From contig JBBCAW010000008.1 in assembly GCA_051382295.1 (NCBI GenBank), positions 1 to 64,000 on the forward strand: DNA of 64,000 nt. The letters are read 5' to 3'. The notes beneath the pieces were generated by a model, which was given only the letters and a program-made list of their open reading frames with translations, did no database searches and was not told the DNA's origin. Positions 1-10,220 of this stretch are shown piece after piece. The DNA comes from Bdellovibrionota bacterium FG-1 (GTDB taxonomy: Bacteria; Bdellovibrionota; UBA1018). Each line of letters begins with the position of its first letter. Positions within the stretch are counted from its first letter, which is position 1. A program made the translations under genes and the position numbers.

Positions 1-291
1 AGGCCCGTGCCGATGCGCGGTGATCGCGTCAAGATGGATAAACATTTACCGATGATCAGCCGGGTCACCGCCAACCTGAAAACATGGATCGACGGCACAT
101 TCCACGGCGTCGACAAACAGCATCTTCAGACCTACTTGAACGAATTCATGTTCAGGTTCAATCGGCGCTTCTATCGAGCTGTATCATTTCGAACTTTACT
201 GGGACTTGGAACTCTCCGGCCTGGATTAACCTATCGAGAAGTCTACAGCGTTGCGCGCAGCGCGAAATCTTCAAAAACATCAATTAAGTGA
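1..291 (+). CDS. IS1595-family DDE transposase, C-terminal part (5' truncated by window)
   Basis: NLKTWIDGTFHGVDKQHLQTYLNEFMFRFNRR matches the DDE_Tnp_IS1595 C-terminal signature; the frame is open from base 1. Confidence 0.9.
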   Translation, partial: RPVPMRGDRVKMDKHLPMISRVTANLKTWIDGTFHGVDKQHLQTYLNEFMFRFNRRFYRAVSFRTLLGLGTLRPGLTYREVYSVARSAKSSKTSIK

Positions 292-307
292 CAACCGGAT
301 AAGCAGG
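1..307 (+). mobile_element. Right end of an IS1595-family element (ISSod11-like end motif)
   Basis: Transposase C-terminus, then GATAAGCAGG (298-307), whose reverse complement CCTGCTTATC fits the nnnGCnTATC end of the ISSod11 group. The left end lies outside the window. Confidence 0.75.
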
Positions 308-308
308 C

Positions 309-503
309 ATTTTACATATCGACAAAGTGAGACCTTACGCCGAACAGGAGACCGAAGAACTCGGCGATGACGTCACGGCGCGGATGAATCCAAAAACTAA
401 TGAGATTGAAAACGTCGAAGTTCTGTTTTTTTCGACACGACTTCTCAGAGGAGAAAATTTATTCGAGCTGCCTGTTTTTTCAAGCATGAAAAAGGCGGTT
501 TAA
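309..503 (+). pseudogene. DUF2283-like small protein, N-terminus cut off by the IS
   Basis: Not in the ORF track. Frame 309-503 reads ILHIDKVRPYAEQETEELGDDVTARMNPKTNEIENVEVLFFSTRLLRGENLFELPVFSSMKKAV*, has no start codon and begins right at the IS end. Confidence 0.7.
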
Positions 504-515
504 ATCAATATTCAC

Positions 516-1523
516 TCAGCCCCAATATTCCCCGCGATTCTGTCGATAATACTCGAGCGTCTGAGCAAAGCCTTCGGCAACTGGAACCTTGGCCTTCCAC
601 CCGATCAATTTTTCGATCTTGGACGTGTCGGCAATGTAATCCCCGATTTCAACCTCTTTGGAGTCTTTTGGATAAGGAATAATTTCGACTTTTCCTGAAC
701 CATTTAAGCGAACCAATAGTTCCGCCAGTTCTTTGAGCCGCACCTGATTACCGCCCAAATTAAAGGCCTCCCCCCGAGATCGATCACATGCAAGTGTCAC
801 GAGCATCGCAGCGACCACATCGTCGACGTGATTCATGTCTCTGATCTGCATCCCATCGCCGTAAACCAGAATCGGGTCGCCATCCAAAACACGTCTCACG
901 AACCAATTGAGCACACCCTGACGATGGTGCCGCATCTGGTGCCTTGGCCCATAGGTATTCGTAATCCTCAAAGAAGTCGTAAAAAGCCCATAAGCGTGGC
1001 CATACAAAAAATGATAGGCTTCGCCAGCGGCCTTATTGATTCCATTAGCATCCGCTGAAATCATGGGATGTTTTTCGTCCACCGGATTGTATTGCGGTCG
1101 ACCATACTGAGCGCGCGTTGCGGCATATAGAATCCGCGCCTGCGGAGCATGAGTCCGAACTGAGTCAAGCAACCGAATATGCCCTATGCAATTACAATGA
1201 AGATCCTGATAAGGATCTCGCATGCTATCCGTGTGACTCAATGTGCCAGCAAGATTGAAAATCAAATCTTTGCCAACGACTAATGAGTCGGTCACCGAGC
1301 GATCGCCCACATCCGCCAAGACCACCCGAACCTGTTCGTGTACAGGCTCAACATTAAAATCATTCGCACCCGACTCAGGCAGCTTGCAGTCTAAAATCGT
1401 AACGCGAGCACCCAGTTCAGTGAGCCGAATCGCCAGATTGCTGCCAAGAAACCCGAGCCCTCCGGTGATGAGGACCGACTTTCCATGGTAGTAGGGATAG
1501 ACCTGCGTATGCTCAGTGATCAT
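516..1523 (-). CDS. NAD-dependent epimerase/dehydratase (extended SDR)
   Basis: TGGLGFLG, NLAG and YGPR motifs. The catalytic YxxxK position reads NGINK. Likely ATG at 1523. Confidence 0.9.
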   Translation of the reverse strand: MITEHTQVYPYYHGKSVLITGGLGFLGSNLAIRLTELGARVTILDCKLPESGANDFNVEPVHEQVRVVLADVGDRSVTDSLVVGKDLIFNLAGTLSHTDSMRDPYQDLHCNCIGHIRLLDSVRTHAPQARILYAATRAQYGRPQYNPVDEKHPMISADANGINKAAGEAYHFLYGHAYGLFTTSLRITNTYGPRHQMRHHRQGVLNWFVRRVLDGDPILVYGDGMQIRDMNHVDDVVAAMLVTLACDRSRGEAFNLGGNQVRLKELAELLVRLNGSGKVEIIPYPKDSKEVEIGDYIADTSKIEKLIGWKAKVPVAEGFAQTLEYYRQNRGEYWG

Positions 1524-1614
1524 AGAATAAAACGGCAATAACATTTTGTTGTTTCGCAGTCGAATGCCTTATTAAAATCACCCTCTTTTGAGTTAGGGTC
1601 GACCCATCACCCTT

Positions 1615-2778
1615 ATGCAAACGACCCCTCAACAGCCCAAACGTCGCCTAGCGATTCTCACCCATGAGTACTACCCCGTCCTTTGTGGTGGGACGGTCTT
1701 TGCCGAAAAGATGGCCATCGAATGGTCAGCGCTCGGCTACGACGTAGAAATCCTGACTTGTAGAATTGGAAAAAGCTTTCCACCCGAAGAAACTGTAGGG
1801 CCCTTTCGGGTCCGGCGATTTTGGACCGGCAGAAAATCTATTCACGATGCTAAACTGATTGAGCTTTTGACTTTTTTTGCTTTAGGTTTGCCCCAAATAC
1901 TCGTCTATCTTGCACGACATCCCAAAGATTTACTGTTCTCGATTTTCGCGATCCCTTCTGGCCTGATTGGCAATCTCGCAAGCCGCCTTTTGCGCGTCCC
2001 TCACTTTACCTTCGTCGATGCAGCCGACACCCCGGGCATTCAATCCGCGCAACAAGGCCTCATGCGCTTCATGCGCCCCGTTTTTCGCTGGGCCACCACT
2101 CATGCCACGGGGGTCATCATTCTCCAGGGAATAGAAGAGATTGCTCGGCCCCAAATTTCCAATCCACGCCTGACGATCATTCCGAATGGGACGTCGATTC
2201 CGGATGAAATAGCCCAGCCAGGCAGCAAAAATGCGCGCGTCGAATTTCTTTCGATTGGCCGCATTGTTCTCCGCAAAGGTTTCAAAGAAATCCTTGAAGC
2301 GCTTGCCGAGGTCGCCAAAAGACGCCAAGACTTTCATTTGACGATCATCGGTTATGGAACCCGCGAGGATGAGATTCGCGAGATCCTCAAAAGCTATCAA
2401 CTGGAATCGTTTGTCACGCTCGTCGGGCGCGTTGAATACGCGCAGCTCAAAAGCTATTACCTTCAATCCGACTGCTATCTTTTTTACGGCGCCCCGGAGG
2501 GCTCCTCGCTCGCCATGATTGAGGCGCTTTCTTATGGACTTCCCATGATTGTGAGCGACGATCCGGGCACACGAGCTTACGTGATTCAGGGTGAAAATGG
2601 CGCCCTTGTCGAGCACCTCCAGCCCAAAAAACTCGCCGCCGCCATCGAAACGCTGCTCGAAAATAGGACCCAAATTCCGTTCTACGGCAAACGCAGTCGC
2701 GAAATAGCCGTTCAATACTCTTGGACAAATATCGCCCGTAAATATGACCAGTTTTTTGGAGAAAAAACTCATTTATGA
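1615..2778 (+). CDS. Glycosyltransferase family 4
   Basis: THEYYPVLCGG N-terminus, GRIVLRKG and EGSSLAMIEALSYGLP (EX7E) motifs. Confidence 0.9.
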   Translation: MQTTPQQPKRRLAILTHEYYPVLCGGTVFAEKMAIEWSALGYDVEILTCRIGKSFPPEETVGPFRVRRFWTGRKSIHDAKLIELLTFFALGLPQILVYLARHPKDLLFSIFAIPSGLIGNLASRLLRVPHFTFVDAADTPGIQSAQQGLMRFMRPVFRWATTHATGVIILQGIEEIARPQISNPRLTIIPNGTSIPDEIAQPGSKNARVEFLSIGRIVLRKGFKEILEALAEVAKRRQDFHLTIIGYGTREDEIREILKSYQLESFVTLVGRVEYAQLKSYYLQSDCYLFYGAPEGSSLAMIEALSYGLPMIVSDDPGTRAYVIQGENGALVEHLQPKKLAAAIETLLENRTQIPFYGKRSREIAVQYSWTNIARKYDQFFGEKTHL

Positions 2779-3992
2779 CCCCACACGCACCTCGGCACTT
2801 TGATTTTGTGATTATCGGTGGCGGAATTGTCGGACTCACCCTCGCTCGTGAGCTCATCAAAAGAGGCCAAAAAACCATCGCCATCCTCGAAAAAGAATCC
2901 AAACTCGGCGTACACTCCAGTGGACGCAACAGTGGCGTCCTTCATGCCGGGATTTATTACGTCAGTGATTCGCTCAAGGCCCAGGTGTGCTCCAAAGGGT
3001 CGGCCAAAATGCAGGAATACGCGAAAGAGCGGGGAATTCCGTGCAAAAAACTGGGAAAAGTCATCGTCGCGCAACGCGAAGACCTGATCCCTCAAATCGA
3101 CGTCTTGTTTGAACGCTCAAAAGCCAATGGAATTCGGATCGAAAAAATCGATGAAAAACAGCTGCGCGAGCTTGAGCCCGAAGCACGCACCCATGGCGTG
3201 GCCCTTTTTTCGCCCGATACTGCGGTCATCGACTCAAAAGCAGTGCTGGCAGCCCTGGAAACCGAAATCACTTCAGCCGGAGTCGAACTCATCAAAGATG
3301 CCGAAGTGATCGGAATCGACTCAAAAAGTCGGCAAATCTTCACGAAAAAAGGTCCGATCGCTTACGGCTACTTTTTTAATTGCGCAGGGCTTCATGCTGA
3401 CAAAGTTGCTCATTGGGTCAACGTGGGCAAAAAATATCGAATTCTCCCTTTCAAGGGGATTTACCGAAAACTTTCTCCCGCGTCGGCCGCCAAATTTCGA
3501 AGCAGCATCTACCCAGTGCCTGACCTGAACGTTCCTTTTCTCGGAGTTCACATCACCCGCTCGGTTCATGATGAAGTGATGGTCGGTCCGACGGCGATTC
3601 CCGCCTTTGGACGTGAAAATTACACGGGATTTCGCGGCACAACACCCCACGAGCTTCCGATCATGGCTTGGGATTTGATGAGCATGATGGCTAAAAATCC
3701 GGGCGGCTTCAGAAAAATGGTCTTTGATGAACTCGGAAAATACCGGAGTTCCGGCTATTTAAAGTGCCTCCGCGAACTCTCGCCCTCGATCACCTCGTCT
3801 GACATTCTCCATTCTGGCAAGGTAGGACTCCGCGCCCAACTCATGGACGAAGAAAAAATGAAACTCGAAATGGACTTCATCATCGAAAATGGTCCCGACT
3901 CAACCCATGTGCTCAATGCCATTTCGCCCGCCTTTACCAGCAGCATGGCCTTTGCCGAGGTGATTCTGGAAAAAGCTGGAAAGGCCCAATAA
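2775..3992 (+). CDS. lhgO: L-2-hydroxyglutarate oxidase family FAD oxidoreductase
   Basis: IGGGIVG, HSSGRNSGVLHAGIYY, IYPVPD..PFLGVH, GLRAQ and HVLNAISPAFT motifs. Confidence 0.9.
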   Translation: MTPHAPRHFDFVIIGGGIVGLTLARELIKRGQKTIAILEKESKLGVHSSGRNSGVLHAGIYYVSDSLKAQVCSKGSAKMQEYAKERGIPCKKLGKVIVAQREDLIPQIDVLFERSKANGIRIEKIDEKQLRELEPEARTHGVALFSPDTAVIDSKAVLAALETEITSAGVELIKDAEVIGIDSKSRQIFTKKGPIAYGYFFNCAGLHADKVAHWVNVGKKYRILPFKGIYRKLSPASAAKFRSSIYPVPDLNVPFLGVHITRSVHDEVMVGPTAIPAFGRENYTGFRGTTPHELPIMAWDLMSMMAKNPGGFRKMVFDELGKYRSSGYLKCLRELSPSITSSDILHSGKVGLRAQLMDEEKMKLEMDFIIENGPDSTHVLNAISPAFTSSMAFAEVILEKAGKAQ

Positions 3993-4032
3993 ATCCGTGT
4001 ATCCAGAGTGTTAACCGAGGAGACAAGACCCA

Positions 4033-4590
4033 GTGAAAATCACAGATTTAGAGCTTAATGGGCTCAAATACATTGAGTTAAAACCGCACGGCGATCACCG
4101 CGGCTTTTTTGTCGAACGCTACAACGAAAAAGTCTTTGCCGAGCATGGGATTCCCACCCACTTTGCTCAAGATAACCATTCTCGATCGGCCCCAGGTATT
4201 CTCCGCGGGATGCACTTTCAACCCACCCCGTCACAAGGAAAACTTGTGGGCTGTGTTGCTGGTAAAATCTGGGATGTGGCAGTCGATATTCGCGTTGATT
4301 CCAAAACTTTTGGGCGTTGGGTCGCTGTTGAACTTGTAGCCGAAAAATTCAATTTACTTTGGATTCCGCCCGGATTTGCCCATGGGTTTTGTGTCCTGGG
4401 CGATGAGCCAGCCGACGTCCTTTACAAGGTCACCACTCTGTACAATCCCCCTGGCGAAAGTGGAATTTCGTGGCAAGACCCAGAAATTGGAATTCAGTGG
4501 CCGCTCAAAAATCCAAAGGTCTCTGAGCGCGATGCCAACTTGCAAAGCTTAGCCCAATACCGTTCCAACCCTCCAAAATGGGTAGACTGA
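4033..4590 (+). CDS. rfbC: dTDP-4-dehydrorhamnose 3,5-epimerase
   Basis: GDHRGFF, QDNHSRS, LRGMHFQ, DVAVDIR and IPPGFAHGF motifs. Confidence 0.95.
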   Translation: MKITDLELNGLKYIELKPHGDHRGFFVERYNEKVFAEHGIPTHFAQDNHSRSAPGILRGMHFQPTPSQGKLVGCVAGKIWDVAVDIRVDSKTFGRWVAVELVAEKFNLLWIPPGFAHGFCVLGDEPADVLYKVTTLYNPPGESGISWQDPEIGIQWPLKNPKVSERDANLQSLAQYRSNPPKWVD

Positions 4591-4603
4591 CGTAGGAAAA
4601 ACC

Positions 4604-5550
4604 ATGAAATCCAATCACTGTTTATTCTGTAAAGCCCCGATCGAGTCCTTCATGACCTTTGGCCAGCAGCCCGTGGCTAATGGGTTTCTAACGCCTGAAC
4701 ACTTCAAGAAAGAATACTTTTTTGAAATGGCCGTGGCCTTTTGTGCCCAGTGTGGTTGTTTTCAACTCACCGACCAGCCTGAGCCCGAGCAAATGTTCAA
4801 CGAAAATTACGCCTTCTTTTCAGGCACCTCTAAGCACATGGCGATTCATTTTGCCGAATTCGCGGCTCACGTCCAACGCGATTACCTCAAAAGCGCCGAC
4901 CCTTTCGTAGTTGAAATCGGCAGCAACGACGGCATTATGTTGAAGAATTTTGCCGCCAAAAAAATCCGACATCTCGGCGTCGAACCTTCCAAAAATGTCG
5001 CCGAAGCGGCAATCAAGGCCGGCGTCAATACGATCAATCGTTTTTTCAACGCTGAAACCGCCCGCATGATCGTCGAGAAAAACGGACAGGCCGATGCCTT
5101 TTTAGCCGCCAATTGCATGTGCCATATCCCATACCTCCACTCAGTCGTGGAAGGGATTGACGTACTCCTCAAGCCAGACGGTGTGGCGATGTTCGAAGAC
5201 CCTTACTTGGGCGACGTCATTCAAAAAACCTCGTACGACCAGATTTACGACGAGCACACGTTCTTGTTTTCCGTGCAATCCATCAATTCGTTATTCAATC
5301 AATACGGAATGGAAGTCATCGACGTTGAGCCTCAAGTCACTCACGGCGGGTCCATGCGCTATGTCATTGCTCGAAAAGGCGCACGTCCAAAAACTGCGGC
5401 ACTCAAATCGAAATAGAAAAAGAACTCGGTTTGGCCGATCCCGCAACCTATCTCAAATTCAAGGCTCATTGCGAACAGTCCCGCACTCAGCTCGTTGATC
5501 TGCTCAGTTCTCTCAAAAAGCAGGGCAAGCGAATCATGGGATACGCAGCT
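4604..5550 (+). pseudogene. NDP-sugar C-methyltransferase, frameshifted near 5405 and missing its C-terminus
   Basis: CxxC zinc motifs, EIGSNDG, YDQIYDEH and HGGSMR. A TAG falls at 5414-5416, but the -1 frame continues QIEIEKELGL...KQGKRIMGYAA, aligning with the paralogue at 14551. Confidence 0.8.
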
Positions 5551-6216
5551 AAACATGGCTTTAAGCTCATTGAAGACTGCGCTCAGTCGACGGGCGGCTT
5601 TTATCAAGGCAAACGACTGGGCTCCATGGGTGATGTGGGATGTTTTAGTTTTTATCCCACCAAAAATCTCGGTGCCATTGGCGACGGCGGCGCGATCGTC
5701 ACACAGGATTCTTCGATCGCCCATCAAGTCGAAATTCTCAGGCAATATGGCTGGGAAGATCGTTATATCAGCAAAATTGCTGGGATGAACTCGCGCCTGG
5801 ATGAACTTCAAGCCGCCATTTTACGGGTGAAACTGCCCCATTTAGATTCGGACAATCAAAAGCGAGTTCGGATCGCACGCGCTTACGACGAGAGCCTACT
5901 CAACATTGCTGGAGGAACCTCAATATTGGCTCCCCACCTCAAAGCCGCAGGGGAACACGTCTACCATCTCTATGTGGTCCGGTCTTCACGAAGAGACGCA
6001 CTTCAAGCATTTCTCAAAGATCGTGGAATTCACACGATGATCCACTATCCGATGCCGATTCATCTCCAGCCCGCCTATCGAAATCGAATCAAAACGATCG
6101 GAAGCTTGCCCGAAACCTGTAAAGCTGTGGGCGAAATTCTTTCGTTACCGATGTATCCCGAACTCAATGACTCACAGGTCAAAGAAGTGGTCACCGCCTT
6201 GCGCGCATTCGGATGA
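5551..6216 (+). pseudogene. DegT/DnrJ/EryC1/StrS aminotransferase, C-terminal two thirds fused to the methyltransferase remnant
   Basis: KHGFKLIEDCAQ, FSFYPTKNLGAIGDGG, NSRLDELQAA, IHYP and LSLPMYP motifs; the N-terminal ~150 aa are absent. Confidence 0.85.
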
Positions 6217-7178
6217 CTAGCAAACGAATCCTCATTACCGGCGCCTCGGGTTATCTAGGGACAAGTGCTATTCGAGCGCTGGGATCTACCCCTGACAAAA
6301 TCATTCGACTGAGTCGCAATAATCCTCAGGCCGACGTGTGCCTCGACCTGACAAAAGCTAACATTGAAGAAATACAAACCCTCCTTCGAGACGTGGATGC
6401 TGTCCTTCATTTGGGTTCGCAAACCAGCGTTTATCAGGCCAATGAAACCCCTCTCGAGGATTTTGAGGCCAATGTGCTTCCCCTACACAAAATGCTGGAA
6501 GCGGCTCGAAAAAATTCGATCAAAAAAGAGGGCTCGCCGTTCTTTATTTTGGCCGGCTCCGCCACTCAGTATGGAATCCCGACTCGCAATCCAGTGGACG
6601 AAACCCATGCCGATGCGCCCGTCTCGGTCTATTGCCTTCACAAGCTCATGGCCGAACAATACCTCGAACTCTATTGCCGCCAGGGCTGGGCACGAGGCTG
6701 CGCCTTTCGCCTGGCCAATGTTTACGGCCCTGGCCCCAAAAGCAGCAGCGCAGATCGGGGTGTGCTCAACCAAATGATTCAGAAAGCTTTGCGCCAGGAG
6801 CCGCTTACCCTCTACGGCACCGGCGAGCAGCTACGTGATTATATTTACGTCGATGACGTGGTACGCGCCTTTTGGATGGCTGCGGCTCAGCCAGACGCGG
6901 TCAATGGACGGCACTTTATTTTAGCCTCGGGCGTGGGCACTTCTCTTGCGGATGCTTTTCAAATGGTTTCGCATGAAGTGAGCCAGTTTTTAGGTCGTCC
7001 CGTCGAAGTCCTCCGAGTCCCGCCCCCTTCCCACTCGTCGACCGTGGATTTACGCCATTTTATCGGAAACATCGAGGCGCTCAAAAAGGCCTTACCCTGG
7101 AAGCCTGAAGTCTCGCTCACTCAGGGAATTCAACAAACGCTTCGATTTTTTGCAACGGGTTCAGGAGAAAAACCATGA
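6213..7178 (+). CDS. NAD-dependent epimerase/dehydratase (extended SDR)
   Basis: TGASGYLG, YCLHK, RLANVYGP and RDYIYVDD motifs. Confidence 0.9.
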   Translation: MTSKRILITGASGYLGTSAIRALGSTPDKIIRLSRNNPQADVCLDLTKANIEEIQTLLRDVDAVLHLGSQTSVYQANETPLEDFEANVLPLHKMLEAARKNSIKKEGSPFFILAGSATQYGIPTRNPVDETHADAPVSVYCLHKLMAEQYLELYCRQGWARGCAFRLANVYGPGPKSSSADRGVLNQMIQKALRQEPLTLYGTGEQLRDYIYVDDVVRAFWMAAAQPDAVNGRHFILASGVGTSLADAFQMVSHEVSQFLGRPVEVLRVPPPSHSSTVDLRHFIGNIEALKKALPWKPEVSLTQGIQQTLRFFATGSGEKP

Positions 7179-8113
7179 AAATCATCGTCACCGGCGCTCT
7201 GGGTCATATCGGATCCAAATTGATTCGCGAACTACCCAAGCGCTTTTCTCAGGCTGAAATCGTCATGGTCGACAACATGCTGGTGCAGCGCTACTGCTCA
7301 CTTTTTAACCTGCCGCCCGAAGGCAAGTATCGTTTTATCGAAGGCGATGTTTTGAAAATGGATCTGGATCAACTGATTCAATGTGCCTCAGCGGTGGTAC
7401 ATTTAGCGGCGATCACGAACGCGGCCGCAAGCTTTGACCACCCGGAGCTTGTAGAAAAGGTCAATTACGAAGCCACGGTACTGATGGGCAAAGCCTGCGC
7501 ACGACACAAGGTCCCGCTGCTATATTTATCTACAACGAGTGTTTACGGAACTCAGGCCAAAGTGGTGGATGAAAACTGCCGTCCCGACGAACTCCAGCCT
7601 CAAAGTCCCTATGCGGACTCCAAAATCCGGGGCGAGCGCGAACTCACGGAACTCGGCAAAACCCAAGGCCTGCGCTTTGTCACTTGCCGCTTTGGAACGA
7701 TCTTTGGCACCTCGATTGGGATGCGCTTTCACACCGCAGTGAATAAGTTTTGTTGGCAAGCGGTTACGGGACAACCGATCACGGTTTGGAAAACGGCTTA
7801 CGACCAAAAACGCCCCTACCTCGACCTCGAAGACGGCGTGGCCGCGATCGGATTTATTCTTGAGAATGACCTATTCGACCGCGAAATCTACAATGTTTTA
7901 ACAGTCAACCTCACCGTACGGGGCGTTGTCGAAGCCATCCAAAAGCACATCCCGTCCCTGCACGTCGAATTTGTGGAGCAGCGGATCATGAACCAGCTTT
8001 CTTACGAAGTTTCGTTTGAAAAGTTCCGCGCCAAAGGCTTCACTCCTCGCGGGGATGCCAAGCGGGCGATTGGTGAAACGATTGCGCTGATTCGAGGGGC
8101 GAACGGGGGGTGA
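7175..8113 (+). CDS. NAD-dependent epimerase/dehydratase (extended SDR)
   Basis: TGALGHIG, HLAA, STTSVYG and YADSK motifs. Confidence 0.9.
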   Translation: MKIIVTGALGHIGSKLIRELPKRFSQAEIVMVDNMLVQRYCSLFNLPPEGKYRFIEGDVLKMDLDQLIQCASAVVHLAAITNAAASFDHPELVEKVNYEATVLMGKACARHKVPLLYLSTTSVYGTQAKVVDENCRPDELQPQSPYADSKIRGERELTELGKTQGLRFVTCRFGTIFGTSIGMRFHTAVNKFCWQAVTGQPITVWKTAYDQKRPYLDLEDGVAAIGFILENDLFDREIYNVLTVNLTVRGVVEAIQKHIPSLHVEFVEQRIMNQLSYEVSFEKFRAKGFTPRGDAKRAIGETIALIRGANGG

Positions 8114-8295
8114 GTAGGATTTTCCCTGTCATTTCAAGGCTTGAAGGGTGTGTTTTTATTGGCAAAACCCAGTAGCACAAGGGCATTGGATCGAAAATAG
8201 GGTTGCCTCTGGGCTCTGTCGACCGCTGATTGAAGCGTTACTTCACCGATAAAATCCGTTGTTTTTAGCCCCCCCGCCCTGCTAATGTCGCGGCC

Positions 8296-9345
8296 ATGTC
8301 ATCTCAAAAAACCCTGATCGTCACTGGCGCATGCGGCTTTATCGGCAGTAACTTTGTGCGTCAGGCGGTCCGCAACGGGCAACGAATCATTGTATTAGAT
8401 GCCCTCACCTACGCGGGACACCGCGAAAACATCAAAGGAATTCAAGGGGCAGGATCAGTCGAACTGGCTGAAGGTGACATTTGTGATCCACTGCTGATTC
8501 AGAGCCTTTTTGAAAAAAACACGGTTCATGCCTTGGTCAATTTTGCCGCTGAATCCCACGTCGATCGCTCGATTTCAGGCCCTCAGGCGTTTATCCAAAC
8601 CAATATTTTCGGGACATTTAATCTTCTTTCGGCCGCGCTTAAATACTGGAAAGGGCTCCCTGCTGGCGCCCAAAAAGACCAGTTCCGTTATCTTCAAGTC
8701 TCGACGGATGAAGTTTATGGCTCACTGGGAGCAACCGGCAAATTTCACGAAAAACTGCCCTACGAACCCAACTCACCGTATTCAGCCTCTAAAGCAGGAG
8801 CTGACCACCTGGTTCGGGCATGGCATCACACCTACGGTCTTCCAACACTGACCACGAACTGCTCGAACAACTACGGTCCCTATCAATTTCCAGAAAAGCT
8901 GATCCCCCATATGATCAACTGCGCCATGACGGACCAACCTCTGCCGGTCTATGGGGATGGCGGAAACATTCGGGATTGGATTCACGTTGAGGACCACTGC
9001 AGCGGGATCAAACTCGCCCTCGAAAAAGGCACACCGGGCGAAACCTATTGTTTTGGCGGAAACTCAGAGCGTAACAATCTGGACGTGGTCAAAAACATCT
9101 GTAAAGAACTCGATACCCTTTGCCCCAGAAAAGACGGAAAACGCTACGAAACCCGCATCCAATTTGTGACCGACCGCATGGGACATGACCGTCGTTACGC
9201 CATTGACGACTCCAAGGCTCAAAAAGAACTCGGATTTACGCGTAAATACCGCGATTTTGAAGAAGGCCTGCGAAGCACGATCCAGTGGTACCTTGACCAC
9301 CAACCGTGGTGCAAAGCGGTCTTGAAAGAAAGGACCCCCTCATGA
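8296..9345 (+). CDS. rfbB: dTDP-glucose 4,6-dehydratase
   Basis: [38 protein letters not shown] and NCSNNYGP motifs. Confidence 0.97.
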   Translation: MSSQKTLIVTGACGFIGSNFVRQAVRNGQRIIVLDALTYAGHRENIKGIQGAGSVELAEGDICDPLLIQSLFEKNTVHALVNFAAESHVDRSISGPQAFIQTNIFGTFNLLSAALKYWKGLPAGAQKDQFRYLQVSTDEVYGSLGATGKFHEKLPYEPNSPYSASKAGADHLVRAWHHTYGLPTLTTNCSNNYGPYQFPEKLIPHMINCAMTDQPLPVYGDGGNIRDWIHVEDHCSGIKLALEKGTPGETYCFGGNSERNNLDVVKNICKELDTLCPRKDGKRYETRIQFVTDRMGHDRRYAIDDSKAQKELGFTRKYRDFEEGLRSTIQWYLDHQPWCKAVLKERTPS

Positions 9346-10220
9346 AAGGCATCATTCTCGCGGGCGGAAGCGGCACCCGCCTCTATCCTCTGACCCGCAC
9401 CATCAGCAAACAACTCCTGCCGGTCTACGACAAGCCGACTATTTACTATCCTCTGTCCACTTTGATGCTCGCCGGGATCAAAGACATTTTGATCATCAGC
9501 ACGCCGCGCGATTTACCCATGATCGAAGGACTCCTCGGCGATGGCAGCGATTGGGGCATTCGACTGAGTTACCTCGCCCAACCCAAACCCGAAGGAATCG
9601 CCCAAGCTTTTGTACTCGGCGCTGATTTTGTCGGCAAAGATCCTGTTTGCCTGATTTTGGGCGACAATATCTTTTACGGTCACGACATGGTCCCCATGCT
9701 CGAACAAGCAGCTCATCTTAAAGAGGGCGCCCGAGTTTTTGCCTACCATGTCCACGACCCTGAACGTTATGGCGTGGTGGAATTTGACGGCACCGGCAAA
9801 GCGATTTCGCTCGAAGAAAAACCCAAACAACCCAAATCCTCGTGGGCAGTCACAGGCCTTTATTTTTACGCGGGCGACGTCGTAGCTGCGGCCAAAAACC
9901 TTAAACCCTCGGCTCGTGGCGAACTCGAAATCACCGACCTCAATCGCGTCTACCTGGATCGAGGAACACTCCAAGTCAGCAAGATGGGACGCGGCGTAGC
10001 CTGGCTCGATAGTGGCACTTACGACTCGCTTCTCTCGGCGTCTCAGTTTGTTCAGACACTCCAACAACGCCAAGGACTCCAAGTCGCCTGCCTCGAAGAA
10101 ATCGCCTACCATAAGGGCTTTATCACTGCCACTCAGCTTGAAAAACGAGTAGAACAGTACTCGAACAGCCCCTACGGCACCTATTTGCGTCGCGTTTTAG
10201 CCGAGAAAACGAGTGACTAA
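9342..10220 (+). CDS. rfbA: Glucose-1-phosphate thymidylyltransferase
   Basis: [26 protein letters not shown] and [10 protein letters not shown]. The ATG at 9342 overlaps the rfbB stop (ATGA). Confidence 0.97.
   Translation: MKGIILAGGSGTRLYPLTRTISKQLLPVYDKPTIYYPLSTLMLAGIKDILIISTPRDLPMIEGLLGDGSDWGIRLSYLAQPKPEGIAQAFVLGADFVGKDPVCLILGDNIFYGHDMVPMLEQAAHLKEGARVFAYHVHDPERYGVVEFDGTGKAISLEEKPKQPKSSWAVTGLYFYAGDVVAAAKNLKPSARGELEITDLNRVYLDRGTLQVSKMGRGVAWLDSGTYDSLLSASQFVQTLQQRQGLQVACLEEIAYHKGFITATQLEKRVEQYSNSPYGTYLRRVLAEKTSD

Noticed and set aside
1930..2772. 280-aa antisense ORF and similar shadow ORFs (e.g. 9513-10112, 51021-51674, 56682-57242)
   Set aside because: They lie wholly opposite well-supported genes and have no recognisable motifs.
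5414..5416. Pyrrolysine or stop-codon readthrough at the TAG
   Set aside because: The homologous continuation is in the -1 frame, so readthrough would not restore it, and there is no canonical slippery heptamer.
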